The position numbers and the translations under genes are program-made. The notes under the pieces are model-generated. The model searched no databases, had not been told where the DNA came from, and was given only the letters and a program-made list of their open reading frames with translations. From Phallusia mammillata (taxonomy: Eukaryota), in assembly GCA_965637545.1 (NCBI GenBank), contig OZ281500.1:21018001-21082000 (forward strand): 64,000 bases of DNA. Reading direction: 5' to 3'. Below, piece by piece: positions 26,222-38,700 of the stretch. The first letter of the stretch is position 1. Every line of letters starts with the position of its first letter.

Positions 26222-27271
26222 CAATAATTCATTGGAACACAGATTGAAATAGAAAAACAAAACAAAAAAAACAAATTATTTATGTTTTTATGACTAAGTC
26301 ATCTTCATTTATTTTCGTTCCATCCAAATCAGGGTAAGCCCCTCTGAGGGTTGTACGTCATTCAAAGCGACTATGTGCATGACGTCATGGTGCCTTAATT
26401 GTTATGTCACAATGTGGATCCTGCCTTGGAGAAAGACGTATGACGTGTGTTTCCTTACAAGTGTGTTTTGTTTCGTTTTATGCACGACGCATAAAAACGT
26501 CAGAAAGATGTGAACTTCAGTAATAATATTTTTGACTTGATTTAAGTCTTGGTGCATTTTTATGTTTACCACAAACAAGGATAATGCTTTTACCCTTTTA
26601 CATAAACCTGAAGACAGAAATTCGGTTTAACGTTTGGTCCAAATTTGGCAATAAAACTAATAAAACTTAAAGTCTGTCTTTTTGTCGCACACTTTCCAAC
26701 GCACCATACCAAAGTCATTCAAACATGCAAATTTTATGTTTTTTTTTTCTTAATCGAACAAGATGTGTATTTCTTCGTTGCCATAGTTTCATCACGTGTG
26801 TCGTATCGCCTGTATGACGTAATTATGTTCCTCATTTTTTCCATCGTGTATATTTTTATGATTTTCACCAACGGAAGCAGATGTAAGACTTCGTGGTCCC
26901 ATATCGGTATGATGTTTTTCGTTTGTGTCAATTTTTAAGGTTTTAATATTTCTGTTATTTTTTTCGCTACAGCGATGTGCTGTACAGGAGCACCTCATTA
27001 CGATAATATCCTCATAATTTTCAAAAAAAAAAATCAATTTCAATGACAGTTTGCGCATTCACCATATGCAGTGTTCGCCATTTTGTTTTTGTGCATGCAG
27101 TATTTACAAAAACGCGCTTCAAATTGTTCAAATTGATTATGTTCAGTATCAACGTTCAGCACTTTTGCGTTGCAATCGTTCCAACCAATGAATGTTTAAA
27201 GCTCTTTGAACTATTTACCCTATTTCAACAACCGTTAATGTCACGATTTTTAAAGCCTTTATGCTGTAGCA

Positions 27272-27480
27272 CAGTGGTTCTCAAACTTTTTTATTGCGAC
27301 GCCTCTGGAAAAGTTTTCTGGACTTGCACCAGCAAATAAAAGTTAATTAAGATACTTATTATTAAAATTGTGTTTATTGATACAACAACAAAAAGTTACG
27401 AAACGGAAATATTCTGCGACGCCCTTGGAAAATTGAAACGACGCACCAAGGCGTCGCGACGCACAGTTTGAGAACTACTG
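27272..27480. mobile_element. hAT MITE
   Basis: CAGTGGTTCTCAAAC / GTTTGAGAACTACTG, perfect TSD CTGTAGCA, subterminal GCGACGC motifs. Confidence 0.85.
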
Positions 27481-28037
27481 CTGTAGCATATAAGCATATA
27501 GGCAACTGCTAACTTCAAAACATTGTGTGTAACAATGCCCAAAATTTTTGACCAAGACTTTAATATCAATAACACGACCCACTTTGGATTAATTCAGTTT
27601 ATATGTTGTGTTATGCAGATAATTTGCAATTTGGCGATTCCCTAAATTCCATGTTTTAAGTGCCTTGTATATTGTCTGTAAAAGTTAACAGCAATAATTA
27701 GTTTTCATTGTGCGTTGTCTGTCTGTATGTGTGCGTCGGTGTATATTAAAACAATGCCAAACATGACTGTTCGTCTTTTTTTACCTTCCCAAACAGGCAA
27801 TTCTTGTTAGTTGTGCAGATATAAATTTATTAGCAGAAGAAACCATATCAGTGTAGCAAAGAGTAATAAAAATGTGCGGCATCTTTTTAGGAACAGTTAC
27901 CAGTTAAGATGGCCGGGGTTAGAACATATGTCATGTGTCACAATAACTGATATTCCATTCTGTTCCCAGCAGGGTATTTTGAACAAAAATTAGGCAATCC
28001 TGCACCCATCTAATAAAATCAGATGTCTTGCTTTGTT

Positions 28038-28290
28038 GCCAAGATGGCTGAGTGGTTAGCGCAACTGCCTTGTTTTTACAAGGTTGTGGGTTCTAATCCC
28101 ATCTTGGTCGTTTTTGTTTCCTTGCTCGGACCCAGTGATTCCCGATGGGTTGAACTAAATTGAAGTCACACGTCTAAAATGAAAAATGATCCAACAGTCT
28201 TGCAATAATACAGGCAGCGCGACAGCGGACCCATTGTGAGCGTAGCACATTCAGGCGTTGCCCGCCCACCGAGAATCAAAATGAAACAAA
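28038..28290 (+). mobile_element. tRNA-derived SINE or tRNA pseudogene (family 2)
   Basis: A box TGGCTGAGTGG, B box GGTTCTAATCC, acceptor stem GCCAAGA/TCTTGGT (28038-28109), an internal T5 run and no canonical anticodon loop, then a GC-richer body and an A-rich tail. Confidence 0.6.
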
Positions 28291-29128
28291 AACATCAACA
28301 GTATAGGCTACCGTATCAAAGACCAAAAAGTTAAACACAAATGATAGAAATATACGTGAATGCGGTAGATTTCCCAAATGCGTAGTTACTGTAAGCGAAC
28401 CGCCTTACAAATCTAAACCAAAAAAACTGAGACCTAAATACTACACCTTACTTCACTTATCAAACTATGCACCTCAGCTATTTGCAAGTTGATTACAACA
28501 TTTGAAATCCGCTTCCGTTCCGCCAATTCGTGATAAAAAGCAGCTAAATGCACTAATAAACGATACTGTGTTGGTGTGTATATTAAAAAACAAAAAAGCG
28601 GTTCTCAGAGGAAATGACTGACCAGTTGCAGCAGTGGAAACCAAAATAGGGTAATCGCAACAGTGTAGCCATAACTATTGAACAAACCACTATTGAGTCA
28701 GGCGACAATTCTTTTTTTCTGCCGACAAGGATTTGTGTAACAATGGCAAATACTATAACGTTTTTGATTGTGATTTTAGCAGGTTTGCCGAATATACTAC
28801 GTGGCGCTTGTAGCCTGGGGGGAAATAATGGCAATTTTCTAAGCTTTGTAAGGTTTAACGATTAGGTATTAGAGTAAATACCTTTGTATTGATAAAATTA
28901 CCATCGTTGCATTCAAGTGTTCTTTGCTTTTTGTGCAGGACATTGTTTTTAAAAGTGCATGTACAGTACAAGGTTTTCCGTCAAAAAACGGGCTGTGGTT
29001 ATTTGGTCACAAGTGAGTAAAAACAGCTGATCAACTGTAGTGATTCTGAGATTGTTTTCACTCTGCACGTGCACCGAGTAAAACAAACAGACAGAAACAA
29101 TTAGCTAGCCGCCAGTGTGTGGCCTTCA

Positions 29129-32100
29129 ATGGACATTGACGACTGCTATGCAAAGGTCGTCGGTACGTTTGGAAGATACCAAGTTTGGGTGTTTTGTGCT
29201 CACCTGGTTAACACGGTAAGTTTCTTTTGGTATGTCTTACGTTGCGTTTGAATTACTCGAAAACTACGTTTATTTAAACTTTTGTGTAAAGAGGTTTCAA
29301 GGTCTTGTAATAAAATATTTTAAGATTGTCTTGGAGGTGGTGGCCTGTGGCTAGGGTTGACATTTTTGTTGGGAAGCATTTACAAAACTATTATTATTTA
29401 CCCAGATCAGAAAGGAATGGCCTATTTTTTGAGTTTTATCTTTTTCTTCCAATGATTTGAATTCAGCATTATAAAAAATAAACGTGAATGTTCATATAGA
29501 TGTATGTATTTTGTTTGCAGCTGATATTATGCCCTCAAACATTTCTACTGGTTTTTATTGGTGCAAAGCCTTGCGAAGTCAACTCAACAAATCCTCATGT
29601 CGATAACAGAAGCTTCATAGCCGTTGAGGTAAACTTGCCATTTGAAATTTTACCTAATGATAAGTTTCAAATAAAACTTGGTTTGATCAATTTTGTAATA
29701 CAGTACTTGTAAGCAGGTTTTTTTTAAGGTTTGGTTTGGGTGACCGCTAAGTAGTTTTAAGAGACCGCAAGTGTTTCATTTAAATACCCAAAAATAGCCA
29801 TATTTGCTTAAACAAATTATTTATTAGGCTACTGGCAAATTTTGGGAAACCGCTGGAAAACACCTTAAAAAAACACTGCTTGTAAGATTTGTTTAAGAAC
29901 AGGCTTCGCAATAACTTTGTGCAAAGTAACAAATTTGTGACATTTTTTGTAAACAACTCATAATTCTGTATTGACATGACTAGCACCTTGCATCTTGCTC
30001 TTTCAGTGGGATTTATTGGACAGAGCATGGATTGAAGACATCATACAATCAATGTATTTCGTTGGTTTTCTTATAGGAGTTGTTATTTTTGGTCAATTGT
30101 CAGACAGATTTGGCCGCCGAGTTGTTATGCTTGCTGGTAAGTAAAATTGTACAAAAAAATTAATTTTGTGGAAAAAAGTTGTAAAATTGTGGAATTTTTT
30201 TATATAAGTTTCAAATTACTTAAATCATTTACCTTCTGTGGACAAGAAGGTCAATAACAAATACCAATATTTAAAACAGAATCAAAAATAGTTTGTAAAA
30301 ATTTAATTTTCAGTTTGGAAACTGTTGTATTTTTTTGTTTAAATATTGAAACACAGTTCCCATTTGTATTTAATAGAGGTTTTTTACTGCCGGTTGCATT
30401 TTGAATGCATGTTTTAAACAACAAACAAACATAAATGTACTTTGGAATACAGATCTGTTCATAAGTTTGATCATGAAAATAACAATCTTTATAAAACAAG
30501 TGTAAATGAAGTGGCCCTTCATATCACTGATGATGGCATGAGCATTTACCAAAATCTTTGAACAATAAAGCATGTTGGTTTTTATGTCTATTTGGGCCGT
30601 TTTTTCATCATTAAACAAGAATGTTTTACATAAAATATGTATAGTTTTTGAATAAGAATTGTGTGCAGTGTTAATAAACCATTTTGTTTAGGTTTCCATA
30701 TGCTAGTACCTGTGAGTTTGATGTCCGGATACAGCTTTAGTTGGCAATCATTTGCAGCTACTAGATTTGGTGTTGGCTTTCTAATGGGTGGGGCAGCCTT
30801 AGTACAGTTTATTTACACACAGGAAATGATTGGTCGCAAATGGTGGGCTTACACAGGTACATATGTTTACTTGTACAGTGCTTTCAAGTTTACAGTATAT
30901 TTGTTTAATATCGAATAAAAAACTAAAATTAAAAAAAATTAAATTACATAAATTTCAAATTGGAAATACAAAAAAATTTGTTCAATAACAAGTCCAATTT
31001 GCTGAACTTTTTCATGTTTTTAAACAGTGCCAGACAGCAATTTTGGGTCATTATGCAAATAAAACAAAATTAAACTAAATTGTGCTTAACATAAAAGCCT
31101 GTTATTATTTTTTTTCCAAAAGTTGTCAGTTTAAATTCAAAGTTTACCTCGTTTTAAATGCTGTACTATGATTTCAAAAAGGTTTATATGTTGCAAGGAC
31201 TTTTGGGAAGTGCTACATTTGCAGTTGGGATCATGTTGATCTCTTGGACAGCATTTTACATTACCCCATGGCGTCTACTCACAAGAACTATTGCCTATCT
31301 GCAGATTTTTCCAACACTTTGTATATGGTATGCTTGTAACATCGAAAGTACAAACTAGCATGTGGTCTTATCTAAACTGATTGCAAAACAGCATCTTAAT
31401 GTGAACATACATATGTATTTGGTAATTGCATGATCCATTTATTGCTTAGGGATAAACCACAAAGACAATTGTCATAATAATGGCACAAAACATTGAACAT
31501 TTGTTATGCGATTTACTGGATTAGTCTGTCTCCCCAAACATGTATTTCAAGTTAATAGTTATATGCTATACGTTTGTGGTTATATGCCATTACCATTGAA
31601 TAATGAAAAATTAAAAAAACAAAACAAGTGTACTAGCTCTCAGAGATCAGAAATGGTGCAAGTAGCTCATTGTCAAATTGTTGTTGAGCATTTATTGTTT
31701 GTCAAACAAGAACAGGATGAACCAACCCTGTTTATATATTTTTTCCTTTATTGCAGGACATTGTGTGAGTCTCCGCGTTGGTTATATTCTAAAGGAAGAT
31801 TAGTTGAAGCCGAAATGCTCTTGGTCAAAATGGCAAAACGCAATGGTGTCAAGGACCCAGGTATACACTTTGTTCACAAATCCCTTGTTGATGTACTCAT
31901 ATGATATTGATTTAGTGACAAATATATTTACTTCAGATGTGTTGTTATGCATCTGTCATGTTTGTACAATTTAAGTAAGGTTGTTTTTTGTTGCTTTGCA
32001 GTTATAAACCTTCGTAAAAAGATTGATAAGATAAATCAACATTACACCCTGATTGATCTTCTAGGAAATATTGAAACAAGAAAAAGAGCTTTTATAATGG

Positions 32101-34521
32101 CATATTTATGGTAAGTGTGCGATATCATGATCACAATTTAAAGTAGTTATATTGCCATCCATGTTCACATTATCTCAATTCTATTTTACAGGTTTGTAAA
32201 CAGTTTTATTTATTATGCACTCGCTTTGGCTGCAAGTGACATAAGCAAAAATCTTTACCTGAGTGAGGGCCTGCAAGGACTTGTTGAATTTCCTGCATTG
32301 CTGTTTTGCCTTCTGACTATAAACAGGATGTGGTAAATACTGATATAGCAAGGACAAAACATATGTTTCGTGTTTATTTAATCTGGTAGATTAGGAAACA
32401 TTGTACAAATAGTTTTTGGTCTGACCAGAATGTTTTTTCCCAAGTTTCCTCTATTTTTATGTGGTGAAACACACTTTCTTAAATGTTTTTTGTTTGAAAA
32501 GACTCTGTGGTCACTGTTTAGGTCTATATTTCATCCATTAGTATGACTTGTTATTTATGTAGGTGTGGAAGAAAACGACTCTTGGTGACTTGCTTCATAT
32601 TCAGTGGTTTATTTTCCCTTGCAATCATGGCTTTTCAAAACAAAGGTAATAGACATAAAATATTCTAAACTAATAATTGTGGAGACAATATGCACCAACT
32701 TTTCGTTTGTAGTCACTGAGTTTGTCATAGAATGCATTTTTTCAGAAGTTGTGTGAACAAAGTTGGATTTTATCGTGCATATGCATTGCAGCCACTCTTA
32801 GTTTTGTTGCCTGTTTCAGAAAAGTCGAGTGGCAAACTGGTCTGTGGCCTATTGGGTAAGATGATGATTGCAGCCAGTTTCTCTACAGTGTACATATACA
32901 CACCTGAGCTGTTTCCCACAGTGGTTCGAAATGTGGCCATGGGTTCCTCATCAATGTCATCAAGAGTTGGAGGAATTCTGGCATCCTTTTCAAAATCCTT
33001 GGTAAATTAATTTATGATCAAAACTACAAACTGTTTTATGTTTTTTTATGCACCTTAATACCTGCGGAGTGTTTCCCGCATGCTTCCAACAGCACCCTTT
33101 TTTGTGAGTACATGGTAATTTTTGGCAAGCTGTACTTGTTGTGGGGAGCAGACATGGGGTAAAATACACCCGTCCAGTATTCAAGTACTGTATGAACCCT
33201 GTATGACTGTACTCCATTTCATAAATACTTTGGTAATTTTTGAGTGACAGCTACTTGAATAAAAAGTATTTGTATTCATGAATATTTGACCAAACTGCAA
33301 AGACATGTAATTCGAATAATATTCGAAAAAGCCCAAGCATGGTAGAGTGTGTTTATGTGACTTTACTTGCAAGACCGAATCATACATTCACTGCTTTTTA
33401 AGTGTTAAGGTTTTGTTTGGATCGTTTATGCCAGTGGTTCTCAAACTTTTTCATTATTTCTTCCAAACAGTCCCTTTGCCATAATTTCGAGGGCTTGCGG
33501 TCCTTAAGCCTAAATGTGTATTTCAGAAAAACGAAAGTTCATTGCAGGATTTTAGCTAGTTGTGCAAAATTGTGCATAACAATGATCCAAAGACAGCATC
33601 TGACATCACAGACAAGACAAAAACATTACGATTGTGTGCGAACAATTGCATTTTTGTTAGTTGTCATGCAATAAACGCTATTGTTTAGCAATGAAAACAG
33701 TCGATTCTAACTTTTACTTTGATTTAAACTTATTCAGTGGCACAAACTGACGCCAAAGAAGATTATAGAATTACTTCAACCTTTTCGCGCCCCCCCCCCC
33801 CCCCCCCGCCCAAAAAAAAATTGCCTCACGGACCCCTAAAGGACCACAGACCCCAGTTTGAGAGCCGCTGGTTTATACTATTTTTTTAGATGAATATATT
33901 TTCTAAGTTTTTAAATCGACTGATTTTGTTTAAAACGTGTTTCTATGTTTAAAATGTTTATGTAATTGTTGTTCTGACTTCTGTAGATTTCTTACAACTC
34001 CTACTTGGCTTACTCTATGTTTGGTTTTGCTGGAGTCTCTGCTGGAATTCTAGCTATGCTTTTGCCTGAAACTCTGGGCCGAAAACCACCAGATACTTTT
34101 GACGATGTGCTAAAGCAATTAAACAAAGGAAAGCCAGATGATGTTCATTTCCCAATCATCACAATGTTTAAAAATCATATTTCAAACGGAAATGATCAAG
34201 TGAGTGGAATAATATTGTTTTATGCTACTGTATGTGTGTTTGCATGCATTCTTACATTTTTTAAGCAAGTGATACATACACTGACAGGTTGCAGATAAGA
34301 GGCAATATTATTTCAACTAAATTCAGAGTTAAAGTGGTATGTCCCAGTATATTTGTCAAGCTCAGAAAGTTTTTTGACAACTTTTTGTTACTTCGTTACA
34401 TAAACTTATAAAGGACTACTTATGGAGGTGATTTTTTTTTCATGGATTTTGTTTTGTTTAATAGATAAAACTTCTGGTTCCATCTGAAAGTGAAGAAGGG
34501 GACGTAACAGAAATGACATGA
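29129..34521 (+). CDS. SLC22A15: SLC22 organic cation/zwitterion transporter, SLC22A15-like, tandem copy A
   Basis: 12 exons: 29129-29215, 29521-29628, 30007-30136, 30692-30856, 31198-31327, 31757-31860, 32002-32110, 32192-32332, 32563-32645, 32820-33001, 33987-34199, 34465-34521(TGA). Motifs: [11 protein letters not shown] (MFS motif A), [49 protein letters not shown], [12 protein letters not shown] and INRMWCGRKR match SLC22A15 best as recalled. Confidence 0.88.
29714..29878. mobile_element. hAT-type MITE, young family (in SLC22 copy A intron 2)
   Basis: Perfect TSD CTTGTAAG; near-identical to 9576-9768 apart from a short internal deletion. Confidence 0.85.
33432..33870. mobile_element. 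hAT MITE in SLC22 copy A intron 10
   Basis: CAGTGGTTCTCAAAC / GTTTGAGAGCCGCTG; TSD GTTTATGC/GTTTATAC. The equivalent copy B intron is only 83 bp. Confidence 0.8.
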
Positions 34522-35462
34522 TCAGTATTAAATAAAATTTTTGTTATCCTAATGTTTGAATTATTGTAGGTACTAAAAAGTTTTTGTGTTAGGTATGTCA
34601 AGTATTTTTATTGGTTTTAGAATTATTATATGGTACATTGTGCACATACATTGTGCAATATGTGTGAATGTTTATTGCCTTACTGACAATTTCATACATT
34701 TTCGCGCTAAGTGTAATAATTTTGTTTGTGTGACATTTTTGATTTTTCCGAGTGTTGACATTTTTCAGAGTGTTGTTAGAATTTGTTTTTGTAGTACAAA
34801 CCAAATTTTTGTGAACAACAACTTACCTTTAATGGAGTGCAGTACTTAATCTGAAGACCTGTTCCATAGCATGTATTATTATGTACCTATTGCACCTAAT
34901 TTGCAACATGAGTTAAATTTCTTGCCTTGTAACTTATCCAACACAGACTGTCGGTTTTACCTATGTGTATTATGTTACATACAATTTGCTTTAGCTAGTA
35001 CCAGTGGTTTAGAATGATTTATTCCGTTTTCCCAAAATGTAATGTGTTTTTTTTAGTGTTTTACAATCATTTTTTGTGAGCATATGTATGTTGTGTCTTT
35101 CCAAGTGCACTCTATCCGAATTTTTGCTAAATTGTGTATTGTACCTGACTTTGCTCAAAGCAGTGGTTTTAAAATTATGTTTTGTGCATTCATGTGACAT
35201 ACCTACTTAAGTGTGTATTACATCCTTTATGACTCAACAAGATGGTATATAGATTTTGAATGAAAGCTGCTGAAGTGTAGCCTATTTGCTGTATAATCGA
35301 GGTAGTACATAAACACTGTACAGAACTTCAAGCAGTACAGGTTACAGACGTGTAAAAAACGTTTTATTCCAAACACTTCAATATTAGGCTACTTTGGAGG
35401 AAAGTTGAGTTTACTTTGGAGAAAGTAATGACTTCGAAATGGCCAATGGTGTAACTGTGAAG

Positions 35463-35642
35463 CAGTGATTCTCAAACGTGCCTCTCAGGGCCGCATGCGG
35501 CTCCCAACAACTTATTTTGCGAGTGTAGCTTTTGAAGTGATGATCGGTAGTGATTTTTTAAGTGTTGGCTTTTTTGCGGCTTCTTACGCACTTAAAAAGC
35601 TACCATTTGGTCCCGACAATGAAAAAGTTTTGAGAACCGCTG
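35463..35642. mobile_element. hAT MITE immediately upstream of the SLC22 copy B promoter
   Basis: CAGTGATTCTCAAAC...GGGCCGCATGCGGCTCC...TTTGAGAACCGCTG; degenerate TSD CTGTGAAG/GTGTAAAG. Confidence 0.7.
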
Positions 35643-35791
35643 GTGTAAAGGGTTTTCGGTCACGCGTGAGTAAACACAGCTGATTCAATCCCTCTACCCA
35701 ATTGCTTGTTGTGATTGTTTGTTCTGTGCACGTGTAGCGAGTAAAACAAACAAACAAACAGAAACAATTTGCCGCCCGTGTGTGGCCTTCA

Positions 35792-38700
35792 ATGGATATT
35801 GACGACTGCTATACAAAGGTCGTTGGCACATTCGGAAGATACCAACTATGGGTGTTTTTTGTTTACCTTACAAATATCGTAAGTACTAACTACTAAGTGT
35901 AACTGCATTTATATGTACATTTTTTTAACTACTTGGTGCCAAAAATTCTAAAATGCTTTTAAATTGTGTTCTTTTTTTTTACAGAATGTTTTGTGGATTA
36001 AATTTATTATATGATATAAACCATTTTTCTTCTTGATTAAAGATACAATTTAATTTTGCAGATAATAATATGTCCTCAAACATTCTTAACCGTTTTTGTT
36101 GGTGCAAAGCCATGTGAGGTCAATTCTACAAATCCTCGAGTTGATAGCAGAAGTTTTATCGGTGTTGAGGTAAAACCATTGAAACTTTACAATGAGCTTC
36201 ATGACACTTTAAAATAGCAATAACCTGATTCAGGACTAGGGTTCTTAACATTTAACATTTCTGGGGTTGATTTTAAGCAAGTTTTTGGATGTGTGAAATA
36301 GCATGTTAAAAACTCTACCTGTAAAATTTAGCTGCAAATTATGACTAAAATAATCAAGAGAACAAAGGTTGATAACAAATTTTCTAAGACAAACCAAGTA
36401 AACACATACTTACTATTCACTGATTGTTTCGTAAGATCCCATTTTATCATCGTGCATAAATGAATTTCTTTTTGCAATTCAGCTAATAGACCGTTTTATT
36501 GCAGATTGAATTCCAAATTGTAGCCTATTTTTATCAAAACAAGGTTTCCAAATTAAAGCTGATTTATCCGAATTGTCTTGTAATTTTATCAACTACATAG
36601 GCCAATGTACAATGAAAATAAATATATATATTTTCTGCACTTGTTCCAACACTTAATGTAGTCTTAGATGAGCTTAAAATAGCAAACCATTAAAAACTCA
36701 TTACAAAATAAAATTCTAAATTAAAATCTTATAAAATACATCACCAGTTGTTAATAAATCATTGTGCTCTTATCAGTGGAATTTGTTGGACAAAGGATGG
36801 ATTGAGGACATAATACAATCAATGTTTTTTGTTGGTTATCTCTTTGGAGTTATTGTTTTTGGTCAGCTGTCAGATAGGTTTGGTCGACGAGTTATTATGC
36901 TTGCTGGTGAGTGAAATTACTTTGTGTGTAAAATTGTCTGCGATGTTTACTTTTTATTTAGTTGTAACATAGTAAAGGGTATCTCATTGAGTTAAAAAAT
37001 TGTGGTTATTTGGCAGTGCATGTGTTAGTTTAACAAATATTTATAATTGTTTGGACAAAGGTGGAAATCCTAATTGTAAACATTTTTTGTTAATGTTTTG
37101 ATATTTGTTTGTGCACATTTTGATCATTTTGCCATCCTAAAACAAATGTATGTGATCTAATAAGATTATCTCTTTCTCATCAAAATTACAACTAACTATC
37201 CGAGCTTTTATAACTGGCTGTGCATTCTTTTGTTTTTTAAATTGGGTAAAAACATTTGTTTTAAATCAACATATCTTTTTACGGACTGGAGCTTGCATAC
37301 TCCCTTGTGCAGTTATATTGATCATTGTTGGAACTATCATTAATAACATTTTTTGATTCAGGTTTTCATTTGCTGATGCCTGTGAGTTTGATGTCTGGGT
37401 ATAGCTTCAATTGGCAAACTTTTGCAGCTACTAGATTTGGTGTTGGCTTTCTTTCAGGTGGTGCAAGTTTGGTGCAGTTTATTTATACACAAGAAATGAT
37501 TGGTCGCAAATGGTGGGCTTACACAGGTATCTATGTTAGACTTTTACACCTAAATTTACCATAAAAATGTGTTGGTTTTACACCAAAGATGAAACATATT
37601 CATATTGGGATCAGCCCTGAAGTGTCTATGGCTATGCAGACCAGCAATCACAGCATACATATCGATAAATCATAGTATGCCAGGCTTATTAAAGGCATTA
37701 TACCGAATCAGCTGGTCTCCCAAGCATTCCCATATGGCAAGGCACATGCTGGAAAAATCTAGATTGTGATGGTATTCGAACCCACAACAGGAGTCTTTCC
37801 CACACTCATGTTCTACCAACTGAACTACACAGGCTCACTGGAGAAACCGCCGAAAGTCAAATCAGTACAACGTACAATGATTCGGTACAACGCCTTTGAT
37901 AGGCCTGGCGTACTATGATTTTACACCAAATAAACCTTTTTATATAAGTAATAGAGTATGAATGTTTTTACTAGGCCTGGTGGTAAGTGCTACATTTGCA
38001 GTGGGAATTGTGTTGACCTCTGTAACAGCATTTTACATTACTCCATGGCGTCTACTCACAAAGACTATTGCCTACCTTCAGATTATTCCAACGCTTTGTA
38101 TATGGTTAGTACATCTAATGAAATTTAGTTCCAAACATAAAAATACATTTTAAATGTTTTTAAATATACATACTTTAGTTTAAAGTTACATGATGAAGCA
38201 TTGATAAGAAAATACTTAAACAACAACAAAAATTGTGAAAACTATTCTTTAAAATCACCTGTTTGTAGTGGTTTTATAGCATGACTACCTTGTTCTTTAC
38301 AGTTGTGTGTTTTAACAATTTTGTTTTATTTTTTATTTTCTTATCCCACGAGATAGTGTGATAAGCCACTAACTTTTGCAAATCAGGAAAAAATATCAGG
38401 GCTGGTAGTTTGTCTGAAAATTTATTGCAGAAATCATACTTTGTTTATAAGAAACACAAACATAAACAACCATTTAGATTTTTTGTTTTCATAAATTTTA
38501 CATGAAAAATATAAATTTGACTGCAGGACATTGTGTGAGTCTCCACGATGGTTGTATTCAAAGGGCAGATTGGTTGAAACTGAAATGCTGTTGGTTAAAG
38601 TTGCAAAGCGCAATGGTCTCAAGGACCCAGGTAAAGCAACTTCAAGGCCATATTGCATTTTTGAGGGTTGTGGTATCAGACCTGTACACTTTTTTTTAAA

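Noticed and set aside
28038-28109. Functional tRNA gene
   Set aside because: An internal TTTTT would terminate Pol III and no standard anticodon loop can be assigned.
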